DNA from: the human T2T-CHM13v2.0 reference genome, Homo sapiens
Reading direction: 5' to 3' (one strand)
Length of the DNA stretch: 64,000 nucleotides
NCBI RefSeq assembly: GCF_009914755.1
Contig: NC_060929.1
Under the pieces are notes generated by a model. That model had not been told where the DNA came from. It made no database searches and was given only the letters and a program-made list of their open reading frames with translations. Both the position numbers and the translations under genes were made by a program. Below, piece after piece: positions 1 to 18,135 of this stretch. Each line of letters opens with the position of its first letter. The first letter of the stretch is position 1.

Positions 1-607
<607 letters not shown>

Positions 608-619
608 CTCATTATTTAA

Positions 620-977
<358 letters not shown>

Positions 978-997
978 TGGATTTAACTCTTTATCTT

Positions 998-1120
998 CTT
1001 TTTTTGAGTCAGAGGTCTCACTATGTTGCTCTGGCTGGTCTCGAACTCCTAGGTTCAAGTTATCCTCCCACCTGAGCCTCTGAATAGCTGAACTATAGTC
1101 ATGTGCCACTGCACTCAGCA
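998..1120 (-). mobile_element. Old Alu monomer (FLAM/AluJ-like)
   Basis: gaggtctcactatgttgctctggctggtctcgaactcctaggttcaag; single arm. Confidence 0.75.
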
Positions 1121-2053
1121 ACATTAACCCTTTATCAAATATATGGTTTGCATATATTTTCTTCCACTCTGTAGGATGCCTTGCCACTCTGTTGAATGTT
1201 TTCTTTGCTACACAGAAGTTTTTAAGTTTGATGTAGTCTTATTTGTCTATTTTTGCTTTTATTGCTTATGCTTTTGGTGTCATATACAAGAAGTTATTGT
1301 TCATTTCAATGTCATAAGCTTTTCCTCTGTGTTTTCTTCTTGAGGTTCTGTACTTATAGGTTTTACATTTCAGTCTTTAATCTATTTTGAGTTAATTTTT
1401 ATATGAGATATGTGGTAAGAGTCTGTCTTCTCTTTTGCATATGTATATCCAATTTTCCCAACACCATTTCTTGCAGACTGTCCTTTCCTCCATTGTGTAG
1501 TCTTGGCATCCTTGCTGAAGATCATTTGACCGCATACACAAGGGTTTATTTCTGGCCTCTCTATTCTGTTCCATTGGTCTATATGTCTGTCTTTATACCA
1601 GTACCACACTTTTCTGATCGCTGTAGCTTTGTTATATGCTTTGAAATCAGGAACTATGAGGCCTTTAACTTTATTCTTCTTTTTCAAGATTGGTTCAGCT
1701 ATTCTGAGTCCTTAGAGATTCTATATGAATTTTTGGATATTTTTCCTTTTCTGAAAATAATGGCATTGGCATTTTGATAGAGATGGCATTGAATCTATAG
1801 ATCATTTTGATAGTATGAACATGTTAACAATATTAAGTCTTCAAATCCATGAACACAGGATGTCCTTCCATTTATTTGTGTCTCCTTAAATTTCTGTCGG
1901 CACCGTTTTGTAGTTTTTAGTGTTCAAGTTTTTTGCCTCCTTGGTTAAGTTTATTTGTAATTATTCTATTCTTTTTGATGCTATTGTGGTTGGGATATTT
2001 TTCTTAATTTCCTTTGTGGATTGCTCATTGTTACTAAATAGAAACACAACTGA

Positions 2054-2384
<331 letters not shown>

Positions 2385-2432
2385 CGAATTCATGTATTAC
2401 TTCTAACAATTTTTTGGTAAAAATCTTTATAG

Positions 2433-2919
<487 letters not shown>

Positions 2920-3216
2920 TTAAAGTGATTTCCTTCTATTCCTAGTTTGTTCAGTGTGTTTGTCGTGAAAGGTCAATTTACATTTTAAAAATTAATGTAC
3001 TAGATACCTTATTAGGTATACTTTAATAGACAGGATGAAACAAAGATGAAGTTTTATCTATTTTTTTAAGTCTTAAGAAAATTAGCAATGCCTTTAATAG
3101 AAACATAGGCCTTAATGATACTTCAGAAAACATTTCCAAATCGCCTTTGGATAATACTTGGAATCATCACTCTCTGATTCAGAATTCTCTGTCTCTAATG
3201 AGAAACTCCAGAGTTA

Positions 3217-3525
3217 GGCCCGGCATGGTGGCTCACGCCTGTAATCTCAGCACTTTGGGAGGCAGACGCAGGTGGATCACCTGAGGTCAGGAGTTTGAGA
3301 CCAGCATCGCCAACATGGAGAAACCCTATCTCTACTAAAAATACAAAAATTAGCCGGGTGTGGTGGCGTACACCTGTAGTTCCCAACAACTCACAAGGCT
3401 GAGGCAGGAGAATCGCTTGAATCCGGGAGAGGGAGGTTGCAGTGAGTGGAGATTGAGCCACTGCACTCCAGCCTGGGCGACAGAGGGAGACTCCGTCTCA
3501 AAAATAAAAAATAAAAATAAAAAAT
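3217..3525 (+). mobile_element. Alu (S-type), ending ~70 bp before exon 5
   Basis: ggcccggcatggtggctcacgcctgtaatc...(aaaaat)n tail. Confidence 0.95.
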
Positions 3526-3593
3526 AGAAGAGAGAATCTCTAGTGTTTGGAAACATTTACCAACCAAACCACTGATTTCTCATCACCTTTTAG

Positions 3594-3643
3594 TCAAACC
3601 TCCTTGGATGGCCTTAAGAGTGGAACAGCGTAAACACCAGAAG
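3594..3643 (+). CDS. PRDM9: PRDM9 exon 5 (VKPPWMALRVEQRKHQK)
   Basis: cttttag|TCAAACC...CAGAAG|gtaagt; 50 nt, phase 1 to 0; not in the ORF track, read manually. Confidence 0.95.
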
Positions 3644-4787
3644 GTAAGTATTTCCCAAATCCTATTGACAAGAAACCTTCCTCATGGATCCAAACACAGG
3701 TAAGAGGAGGAGAATGTACAGACTATCATAGGAACTAATGCCTTCTTTTCCTGATCTCTTTAGCACAGTGTCTGACATCATCATTATTTTAAGAGTTAAT
3801 AAGAACAGCAACAATAATTGCTACCATGGTGTTATTTTCTCAGTATTTTCAGACTCTATTTTAAGCATTTTACATGAATAAACTTTACATATAGTTCCTA
3901 TTCAACTTTATATATAGTACCTATTAAGTAGATGTTGTAACTATAGCCATTTTACAGATGAGAAAACTGAGGTATAAAAATGTTCAGTTATATCCCTGGG
4001 ATCACATTCAGTGTTGGTGCAGTCTAATCCAAAACTCCTTCTCTAAAGCACTTACAAGATCATTAACACAAGATCATTAAAAGTTTCATAGTTTTATAAA
4101 GTTTATGCTGTCTTACCCATATGTGTTACATCATTCGTCCAACTGACTTTTTAACCTCAGTTTTTCTCTGTTATGGTAAAGTGAGATTTGCACTGAAACA
4201 CTCTGATTAAGGGAAGCTTCCAAGTAAATAGACAGTTCATACTGTGTTTGGTCCCAGAAGGAGATAGGGTCCCTACCCTCATAAGGGACCCATTCTGATC
4301 AGAGGAAGCAGCTTCCAGCCCTGAGGAGTTTCAGCTTTGAAGACTGAGAAACAACAAATAAGAAAATGGTTTAAGACTTCATATAGGTTACATCCTATTA
4401 AGTAAAAATATATTCTTCTGGAACTGATTTCAAATTCTCATTCCTACAGAAGGCAGTAACAGCTCCTTCCTCTGGGCTCCAATTAGGGAACTGTCATGTT
4501 GTTTGGAATTATTTGTTTAGCCTGCCTGCTGCCTCTTCATTGTGAGCTCTTCAGGAGTCTGGTCCATATCTGATTCTTCTCAGAACTCCCAAGCCCAGAT
4601 CAGGGCCTCTGAGAGCCTCCTTAGTGTTTTCTGAATGACTGATTCCAAGTTTATGAATTAAACTATAAGTAACAGGGTCAAGGAATGCTGAAAATATCTT
4701 TGAGTTAGATTTCAACTGTAGAGATGTTATCAGGACTATGAGATAATTTTCATTTGTTTGTTATTTTTCTGGGTGGTGGTGGGGTGA

Positions 4788-5072
4788 TTTGAGACAGAGT
4801 CTGGCTCTTTCGCCCAGGCTGGAGTGCAATGACTCAATCTCGGCTTACTGCAGCCTCCATCTCCTAGATTAGTGCGATCCTCCTGCCTCAGCCTCCTGAG
4901 TAGCTGGGACCATAGGCATGCACCACCATGCCCAGCTGATTTTTACGTTTTTTGTAGAGACAGGGTTTTGCCATGTAGCTCAGGCTGGTCTTGAACTACT
5001 GGGCTCAAGCCATCCTCCCACCTTGGCCTCCCAAAGTGCTGGGATTACATATGTGAGCCATTGCACCCAGTC
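4788..5072 (-). mobile_element. AluJ-like
   Basis: gcagcctcc, gcgatcctcc and gggctcaagccatcctccc J-type diagnostics. Confidence 0.9.
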
Positions 5073-5085
5073 TGTGAGAAAAATT

Positions 5086-5372
<287 letters not shown>

Positions 5373-5475
5373 GAGAAAAATTATTAATCTCACATTCATA
5401 CTGTATTAAGTAGTTCAAAAAACACTTTGGTGAACATTATTATCTTTCATGTTCACTACAATATTAAGAATTAGC

Positions 5476-6100
<625 letters not shown>

Positions 6101-6715
6101 GCATGTATGCCAATTTCTGGATCAGGAAACTAAAGAGAATTAGCTAACAATACACCCTTATTCAAGCAGACAAGCAGAAGTGGTACAGGAACTAATTAAT
6201 CTAATTCCAAAGCCAAATATTCTTTCCAGGATATGGCAACATGCAACTTTGACATCATTTTCTTGGTTGTCTAGATATATTTTTGCCAATCGTCTCTTTG
6301 TTCTGTTCCCAATCTTACTGCTCTATTACCTCATTTTCCAGAAGTGCTTTGTCCCTCTGTGCTTCTCTACATTTCCCCTTCTATCAAAAGTCTACTAGTT
6401 TATGGAAGATTCCCTCCTTCTCTTTGTAAGCCCTTACCCCCTTCTTTCACAGATCTTGTTGATTCTCCAGCTAGTCTTCCCAAGTATTCCTCCTCCTTCC
6501 CTTTGACTTACATAGAACATTTTAGAGAAAGTTGAAGGAAAGAGCCTTAAGACATGGGTTAGAGTCCCAGATTCACTACTCACTTAGACCTTCTCTTTTC
6601 CCTCTAGTATTTAGACACTCTAGGTATTTTCAAGGTTTGAACATTAACTAGAGTCATGCATATGAAAACATGTTGCAAGCCGTAAAGAACTAAAGAAATT
6701 CGTGTTGTCTTTTAA

Positions 6716-6919
<204 letters not shown>

Positions 6920-7047
6920 TAGTCCCTCTATGTCCTCTAGAAAGGTTGATGAGTATGGTCTACCTATGTGGGGTGGACTTTGCATAGGCCTGGGCTTAAG
7001 CTGGACTCAACTGTGAGACCAGAAGGTAGATGCAGTATTTTGTTAAA

Positions 7048-7352
7048 ATTATTTATTTATTTGTTCACTGAGACAGAGTCTCACTCTGTTGCCCAGGCTG
7101 GAGTGCAGTGGCGCAATCTCGGTTCACTGCAACCTCTGCCTCCATGAAAATAGATGTTTTCTTGCCTCAGTCACCCGAGTAGCTGGGATTATAGGCGTGC
7201 GCCACTGTGCCCGGCTGATTTTTGTATTTTTAGTAGAGACAGGGTTTCACCTTGTTGACCAGGCTGGTCTCAAACTCCTGGCCTCAAGAGATCTGCTCAC
7301 TTCAGCCTCCCAAAATGCTGGGATTACAGGCTTGAGCCACCATGTCCAGCCT
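7048..7352 (-). mobile_element. Alu (S-type) in intron 6
   Basis: (ttta)n tail, gagacagagtctcactctgttgcccaggctggagtgcagtgg...ttgagccaccatgtccagcc. Confidence 0.95.
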
Positions 7353-7941
7353 TGGATACAGTATTGAATAGCATGTAAGAACATTAACTTTGAAGTCATT
7401 CACTTGGGTTATAATCTACATAGAAGCACTGGGGCCTTGGGCAAATCTTATAAATTCTCTGAGCTCCTGAATGGTAATCTGTAAAATGAGACCAAGTATA
7501 TATAGACCAAGTACATTGTTTGAAAGCATTAAATTAAATATAAATGAACCCATACATGCAAGGTGTCCAATAAGTACCTCTCTGATAATAGATATTCTTT
7601 TGTGCATTTCTACATTTCCTCTTCCATCACATGTCTACTAGTTTGTAGAAGATCCCCTATAGAGATCATACTTTATCTTAGTGTTGTATGTCCAGGCCTT
7701 TGTTCAATGCCTAAGATGTAATGTGACCTCAAGAAATATCTTCCAAATGAATAAATGCATGAATGAACCATTTTGTAAGTAGAAATGTTGGGAGGTTAAT
7801 GGTATAATGAGAACAGCCAGAAACTAATATTAAATAGGCATCTGCAGTCAGTGTGGGTGTGGGGTCTAAGTCTCTCTGAAGCAGTAGTTAAAGAGGGGGA
7901 CACTAGAGTATGTAGAAAGGTAGATGCCAATTTGATGGTAG

Positions 7942-8124
<183 letters not shown>

Positions 8125-8305
8125 TGACACTTTTGGCCACTCACACAGCTTGCTGTTATGTCCTGGTGCAATAATTTCATCATTTGGCCCACAAATCATT
8201 CCCTTACTCTAATGAATTAGAGTACAGGATTAGGGCTAAATAATGTGAATGCCAAGCTCTTTCTGAAGCTCTTATATCAAGGAACATGCATTACAACTTT
8301 CCTAA

Positions 8306-8665
<360 letters not shown>

Positions 8666-8959
8666 TAATCTTCTACATGTTAGTATATAGGTAAGGATAA
8701 CATGGTTAGCTCTGTGTACTCAAGGTTCTTTGCATGAACACGGAACTCCTATTTAGAGATCAGAGGTTACATGGGAGCAGAGTGGTACAAAGACAAAGAA
8801 GTGCATCCTCCCTGTGGAGCTTCTGCTCTGATTGGACAAACCAACTCAGATGTGTAGATAGATGATGACTAAGGTGCATACCATGTGGTCTCAATTGGCA
8901 GCTGAAGCTATGCAGGCCCAAAGGCCATTGACGACAGTGGAGTAAAATAATTTTTCTGA

Positions 8960-9073
<114 letters not shown>

Positions 9074-9976
9074 TAAGGCCAGTAGCTCTCTGAGTTGCAG
9101 AGAGAACCTTCATCTCTCACAAAGCTGGATTTCCTTCCTTATCATTATGCCTCCCTCAATGATTTTCACATTCCCTATTTCTATTTTTCTCCATACAATG
9201 CTGTTTTATACCATCAACATTTAGAAATAATAAATAAAAATATAGATATTATGATTTATTGGTATCAAAACATAAATATGTATGCTAGACAAAATTGAGG
9301 CACCAAGATAAACCTTGAGAAGCCTAGATTCACGGGGGACTCTGAATTCATGCTTTAATTTATGTAATCCACGTTTATTAAGCACTTTGTATGTTCCAGG
9401 TTAGGAAGTGAGGTTCACTACTTGAACAGAAGTGAGCTGCAGGATGACTCAGCCCCTTTCCACAATGGGCTCTCGTTCTATCAGAGAATAGAAAAATGAA
9501 TCAACTATTACTGTTCTATGTTATTGGGCCAAGAGAAAGAGACTTCTAAGTTTCTCTGGGAATCTGGGGAAGTCAGGTGAATGGCACCTGAATGAACTGT
9601 AGGGTGATTAGAGGAAGGTCTGTCAAAGAAAGATGGACTTGGGCTGAGTGTAGAATGATGTGCACTAATCTAGAAGCAGAGTACATGATCAAGCACCAAG
9701 TTCTGTGGTATAAAACAGAATTAATTTAGAGTTTAGAGAAGCTAGAAGTCAATGTGTTTTATGGCCAGTCAAGGTGGAGGTAAGTCTGGAGTTGGGCTTT
9801 GAAAAAATGGTTGATTAGGCATGGCAGGGAAACATTCTAGGCAGGATGAACACTGTAGTCAGAAGTGCAAGTTCATATGACATTGTGAAAGAGATTTAGG
9901 AATGAGCAGAAGGTTCCCGGAGGAGTGGTGGGGGAGTGGTCAGCACTAGACCATGGAGGCCTAGACCAGCAGGTGA

Positions 9977-10291
<315 letters not shown>

Positions 10292-10599
10292 TAGAGAATT
10301 TTCATGGTTTAACTCTTAAGTACAGTAAAATGCCATCTAAAGTCAGTAAGATTTCAAATCAGTGGCTTCCAAAATTAAACATTCATGTTATATACCTTTG
10401 CCTCTTTGGAACAATTTTCATATTTTTAAATCTTTGTTCTGATTTTATATTCTAAGTACTTCATGCACAAAGTATATAACAGCATATAGTGCTGAAAGAC
10501 TTAAAGACAAAAATCAAGTTCTCAAACACCTACCAGCTCTCCCAACAAGGTAGTTTCTTCTGGCATTTCCTTGATATTTCCTAATGATATGCATGTGTT

Positions 10600-10990
10600 G
10601 TTATTCATTCATTAATTACCTCAATTAGCTGTCATGTGAATTCCTACTCAGTGCCAGACCATGTTGCAGGAAGTGTAAATATAGATTGATCAAGACAATC
10701 AGAAAAACTGCTCTTGACATGTGAATTAGGGAACCATATGATTACATACAGACATATGTGTAATATCAGACAGTGATTAGTGCTTTGAAGTAAATGAATC
10801 CAGAAAGAATACCTGGGGATCCGTGTGAGGTGAGAGTAGAGTGTTGCAGGGGATTGTCAGGGAAGATTTCTCTTAGGAGACAGCATTTGAGAAGTGCAAG
10901 TGCCTGTGGGCCAAGGGTTCCAGGCACAGGGCGCAGCTAGTGCAATGGTCCTACGGCCAGAAAGAATTCAGCTTTGGTTCATTTTTGGAA
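10600..10990 (-). mobile_element. L2 3' fragment in intron 10
   Basis: attcattcatt...cctactcagtgccagaccatgttgcagg resembles a reverse L2 3' end; diverged. Confidence 0.55.
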
Positions 10991-11861
10991 AACAGTCTCC
11001 AGTGGGTCATCCCCTCAGAGCTGCTCCAGTTTCCAGATGAGAGAGAATGGTGGGCAGGATGAAGGTGGGGAGCACGGAGGTAAGTCTGAGTAGGGATATA
11101 TTTTGACACAAGACTTCCTATTGTATTTGAAATGGGCTCAGACTGAATGAAATATCTCAAAAATGAATACTTGATGGGCAGCCTGAGAGAGAACATATTC
11201 TCATTTTATGATTTGTGGAATCTGAAATGGAATCTATGCACCTAGTTGGGGTAGCAGGACCCAGAGTCCTTTAGTCAGTGGGACCTGGACCACTCTGTGT
11301 TGGCCAACCTGAATCCCACTTCCTGATGGAGAACCAGGCACATAACAGTCCTCAATTAAATATGTCCTTTTGAATGAGGAGACTCAAATTCAGATTTGCT
11401 CACACATCTTCTCTTTAACCACATTTGTGGATCTCCAGCCTGAGTGCTCTTAATAGATCCTTTTCCCCTCTTAGGAAATCACTAAGGACAATCTCACCTA
11501 AGTCATCAAGAGTGTTATTTCTCAATAGAATAAAATAGCTGAAGGTCTCATGTCAGCAAAAGTGCCCAGGGACCAGGGAGGGAGGATGTGGCAGAGGGTG
11601 ATCAGGGAAGGCTTTATAGGACTTGGAAAATACCTGCAGTGTGGGGAAAAGGTCACTGCAGTTCCATCTATGTAAGGAATGACACTGCCCTGATGCTGGT
11701 TGAGGTTACCTAGTCTGGCAGATATGTAGAAAAGGACCAAGATGTGGGATTTCTGGATTTTTTAAGATGTAGTGAATAAAAGTGGAATGGAAAAATGGAC
11801 TGTAAAGGTCCATCCAGCACTTGGTGGGAAAGAGCTTGCATTGTTAACATATGAAGAATGA

Positions 11862-13487
<1,626 letters not shown>

Positions 13488-13778
13488 GTCATTAGTAATA
13501 AAACCTCATCTCAATAGCCACAAGAAGACAAATGTGGTCACCACACACTTGCACACCCCAGCTGTGAGGTGGCTTCAGCGGAAGTCTGCTGACCCCTTAT
13601 ATTCCCCGAGAATATAAAGAGATCGGAAATAACTGATTAAACAAATCCGCCACTTTCATGACTAGAGATGAGGAAGAACAAGGGATAGTTCTGTAAGTGT
13701 TCGGGGGACATCAGCATGTGTGGTTCTTTCCCGCACTGATCCCCTCCATTTTTTGTTTGTTTTTTTGCCTCCTGTTCT

Positions 13779-13784
13779 AATAAA
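13779..13784 (+). terminator. Likely PRDM9 polyadenylation signal (AATAAA)
   Basis: AATAAA ~290 nt after the stop, preceded by a U-rich tract (ttttttgtttgtttttttg). Confidence 0.7.
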
Positions 13785-14249
13785 TTTTGTCTCCATACAA
13801 ATCTGAACCCCAAGTGTGTACCTCATTCTTCCCTTATCACTGAAGGCAAGAAGAGTCCAGAAGGGCCACAGAGAACTCATGTGTTCAGCTCAAGACTCCA
13901 CAGGAATTCAACCCCCAGAAAGACATAAACTTGGAGTCCGTCTGGTTTAATTATTGGAGAATCGATTCCCAAGTCCAGGAAGAGAAATGTAAGATTCTAG
14001 AAAGTCGCAGCAGGAAAGGGAGTTCCCTGGTCTCCTGGGAAGTGTGGCTTCTTCTCCTAATGGACACCTCTCCTCTGCTGCCATACTCTCCCTTGGCTCC
14101 CCAGTCTCCTCTCCTGATCTCCTCCAATCTCTGTAGCCCAAGATGTGAAAGCCAGACAAGAACACGCGTGTGTGTATATATGTGTTCGGGTGTGGGGGTA
14201 TGTGCCCTCCGTGTAGGTAACTGTGTGAGTGTGGGGGGTTTCAAGGGTG

Positions 14250-14759
14250 TGTTAGGAACAACGCTCAAAATCCTAAGGAAACTGAACACTCGAACGAAGG
14301 ATTCTTAGCAAAGCAATTTTACTTCTGTGCAGAGGGGTGCCTCCTTGGCCGGTCGCCATGAGAGCACACCTGAACAAAGAGGCAGGAGAGCCTTTATTCC
14401 TGACACAAGTCCTGCCCCTGTACCTTTTTCCACTGGCTGGGGTCGGGTCGTACAATCTAAACTAATCCCAGTTGGCTAAAGATTTGATTTTTTTAGATAA
14501 GGTGGGCAAGTAAAAAAAAAAAAATGGAGACGAAGGGGAAGGGGTGTCTGTAATGAGCTAGGAAGTTAGTCCTCTTTCCAAATAAGGAAAGGAATGTGAG
14601 CTGGTGGTACTGATAACGCCTAGTACTGTGGTGTGCCTGGGCATCTAACAAAGGCAGAAAGGAAAACAGAAGAAAAAGGAGAAAGGAGGGGAGGTACTAT
14701 GAATTAAAGAATAAAAGATTGATCAGATTATTTGAAGAGAAACCTCATCATATCCCACA
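14250..14759 (-). mobile_element. Solo ERV1 LTR, LTR10 family (probably LTR10C)
   Basis: Minus strand starts TGTGGGATATGATGAGGTTTCTCTTCAAA and ends ...CCTAACA; 4-bp TSD GGTG (14246-49 / 14760-63); subfamily from memory. Confidence 0.8.
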
Positions 14760-15167
14760 GGTGTGTGTGCATGTGTGTGTATCTGCACACGTATGTGCAT
14801 GTACTTGTGTGTGCATGTGTGTGTCCAGTTGAGGGCACCAATCAGAGAAGGAATGCCCCTGCTTCTTCCAGGGGAATCCTAGATCCTCATTCTCTTTCTA
14901 CAGAGCAATAAAAATGTAAAAACAAACACCTTACTCTTTTTTTAACAAAAGATTATGAAAATAAATAAAGGGATAGATTTTTTTTTTAAATTAAGATCCA
15001 CACTGTCTGTCAAGACCCAGCCAAGCTCGAGGAGGGCAGACAGACCATCCCAGCAGGCCTAGGAAGAAGCTTTCCTGTCTTCCTGGAAGGGCTTCGGAAT
15101 CAAGCCTCCGTATACCTCCCAGCAGACACATGACTGAAAGGTGCTGAAGTTTCCCTCAGAAGAAAGT

Positions 15168-15702
15168 TGAACAGGGGTGGTGCAGAGAAGAAGGAAGTAC
15201 CCCAGATATATGGGCCATCAGCTTTGCTGCCGTGAACAAGCTCAGCCTTTGATTCTGAATCTGATTCTTGAGGTGAGAGAAGGGCTCTCAGACCAAAATG
15301 TCCCCAGGGCATGTAGAGTCAAGAGGGGAAATGGAGTGATCAAAATCGAGTCAGTTCCCCGCTTTGAACAATCTAAGTCCCTTTTCTCATTCAGTTAAAG
15401 CCAGCAGAATCCTCAGTTGGGACTTGGTAGTAGGGGGTATCTGCTAGATGGTACTAGCCATCAGGCATTTAATGAGGGGACATTTCTATGAAAATAAACA
15501 AAAACAAAGGCTAATAGTTGGAAACTCAGTTTCTGAGTCCACAGGGCAGTCAGTGGAGAGGATTTCTAGATGACTTTAAACAATTGCCCCCAGGCGTAGG
15601 TGTAGAGATCATGATTGAAGTCCCACACTTATTTCACTCTGGGCCCGATAAAATTTGCACACCTCATAGCTCAGACTGCTCTGAGCTATTTTTCTTTTCT
15701 TA
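15168..15702 (-). mobile_element. ERV1 LTR, MER66-like
   Basis: Minus strand starts TAAGAAAAGAAAAATAGCTCAGAGCAGTCTGAGCTATGAGG; no TSD seen; low-coordinate boundary tentative. Confidence 0.6.
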
Positions 15703-15850
15703 TCTTATTTTACAATCTAGAACATGTAAAGGATTGTCCTACATATCAGCTAGTTCAGAGGCATTTCAAGTGAAGCAGCTTCAGATCTATATTTAACTAT
15801 CATTATAGTTAGCCTTTTCTGTTCCACTGCAGTGATCTAAGCCATGACTA

Positions 15851-15925
15851 TGTTCCCGGACCAAACCGAGGGTCGGGCTGCTTGTTCTCACGGCCCAATA
15901 ACGAGATGCAGACGAACGGAGAGAG
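15851..15925 (-). mobile_element. Truncated 3' end (~75 bp) of an ERV1 LTR, subfamily uncertain
   Basis: tgttcccggaccaaaccgagggtcgggctgcttgttctcacggcccaataacgagatgcaga is a CpG-rich LTR U5-like terminus that stops abruptly. Confidence 0.65.
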
Positions 15926-18135
15926 AATGGGGAAAAGCTTAAAAGCCTTTCCTCTGAGAAATGAAGCAAGATTAGGATACCTAATATCACAACAGTTATT
16001 CAGCACGGTACTGAAAATTTTAGACAAAGCAATTAGGCAATATAAATAAATAAATGGCATACATATCGAAAAATAAGAAGTCAAATTATTTCTATTTGCA
16101 TATGATATAATCTTATATACATAGAAAAGCCTAAAGACTCTACCAAAAAACAACAAAAAAATCCTCTTAAAACTGAGAAATAAATTCAGTAAAATCGCAG
16201 GATACAGTATCAGTACACACAAATCATCAGTACTCCTATATTCCAATAACAAACTACCAGAAAAATAAATAAAAAAAGTGATCCCATTTATAGTAGCTAT
16301 GAAAAAAATACTTAGGAATAAATTGAACTGAGGAGGTGAATGAAAATCTCTACAATAAAACTCAAAACCACCAATGAAAAAAATTGAAGAGAACCCCTAA
16401 AATAAACAGGCATATCATGCTTATGAATTGGAAGAATTACATTGTTAAGATAATCATACTACACAAAGCAATCTACAAGGTCAGCAGAATCTCTCTTAAA
16501 ATACCAATGACATTCCTCACAGAGGTAGAAAAAAATAGCCCTAAAATTTATATGGAATCAAAAAAGACTCAGAATAGACAAAGCAATCCTGAGCAAAATA
16601 GCAAAGCAGGACACATTACACTACTTCACCTCAAAATATATACAAATCTATCTTAACCAAAACAGCATGGTATTGGTATGCAAACAGATGCACAGACCAA
16701 TGAAACAGAGCAGAGTACCCAGAAATAAATTCAGGTATTTAGAGGCAATTGATTTTTGACAAATTTGCCAAAAGTATGCATTGAGAAAAAGACATTCTTC
16801 AATAAATTATGTGGGCAAAACTAAACATCAATATGCAGAAGAATAAACTAACTTCTTATCTCTCACTGTATACATAAATCAACTCAAAATGAATTAAATA
16901 CTTAAATTTATGACCTGAAACTATAAAAATACTTCCATAGGGGAAATGCTTCAGGACATCAGTCTAGGCAAATATTTCATGCATAAGTCTTTGAAAGTAC
17001 AAACAACAGAAACACAAATAGACAAATGGGATTATATCAAACTTAAAGCATTCTGCACAGCAAAGGAAGCAGCCAACAGAATGAAGAGACAATCTGCAGA
17101 ATAGGAGAAGATATTTGTAAATTATTATTCCTCTGACAATGGATTTCTGTTCAGAATATACTAGGAACTCAAACAACTCAACATCAAAAAAAATTGATTA
17201 CAAAATGGGCAAAGAATATAAATAGACATTTCTCATAGAAAGACATACAAATGACCAATAAACAGATGAAGAAAAAATTCAACATCACTAATCATCAGGG
17301 AAATGCAAATCAAAATCAAAATGAGATTCTACCTCTCATCCCAGTTAGAATGATTATTAAGAACATGAAAACTAGCAAATGCTGGCAAGGATGTGGAGTA
17401 AAGGTGGTTGTTATACATTGTTAGTGGACATAGAAATTAATACATTCATTATAGAAACAGTATGGAGTTTTCTCAAACTAAAAATAGAACTGCCGAAAGA
17501 CTCAGGTTCCCACTATTTTGTATTTATTCAAAAGAAAAGAAATCAGTATATCAAATATATGCCTGTACCCTCCATATTTATTGCGGCACTATTCACAATA
17601 GCTAAGATACAAAATATACCTAAATGCCCATCAACAGATAATTGTATAAAGAAAATGTGATTATATATAATGAAATATTATTGAGCTATAAAAAATGAAA
17701 TCTTGTCATTCCCAGAAACATGGATAAGCATGGAGGACACTATGTTAAGTGAAATAAGTCAAGGTACAGCAAGATAAATACCACATATTTTCACTTACAT
17801 GTTGGAGCTAAAAAAATAGCTGAGCTCAGAAATAGAGAGCAGAAAAAATATTACTAGAAGCTAGAAAGGTCTTAGGGAGAAGAAAATAGAGAGAGGTTAG
17901 TTAACGGATACAACATTATAGCTAGATAAGAATACTCTCTAGTACACTATAGCACTGTAGGGTGTATATAGTTAACAATAATTTTCAAAAAGCTGGAAAA
18001 AAGGATTTTGAATGTTCCCAACACAAAGAAATAATAAACATTTGAGATGTATGCATTGTGTACATGTATTGAATTATCCTTTTATATTCCATAAATATGT
18101 ACAATTATTAAATGTAAACTAAAAATAAAAGGGAA
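15925..18135 (+). mobile_element. L1MA-type 3' part (ORF2 RT/C-terminus and 3' UTR), decayed
   Basis: ORFs 16384 (KAIYKVSRISLKIPMTF) and 17379 (FIAALFTIAK) are ORF2p remnants; A-rich end. Confidence 0.9.

Noticed and set aside
4054-4080. ACAAGATCATTAA 14-bp-period duplication
   Set aside because: Ordinary slippage-size duplication with no further structure.
13662-14455. Cluster of overlapping 60-125 aa ORFs after PRDM9
   Set aside because: No recognisable domain; they span low-complexity (TG) sequence and the LTR; the longest starts at TTG.
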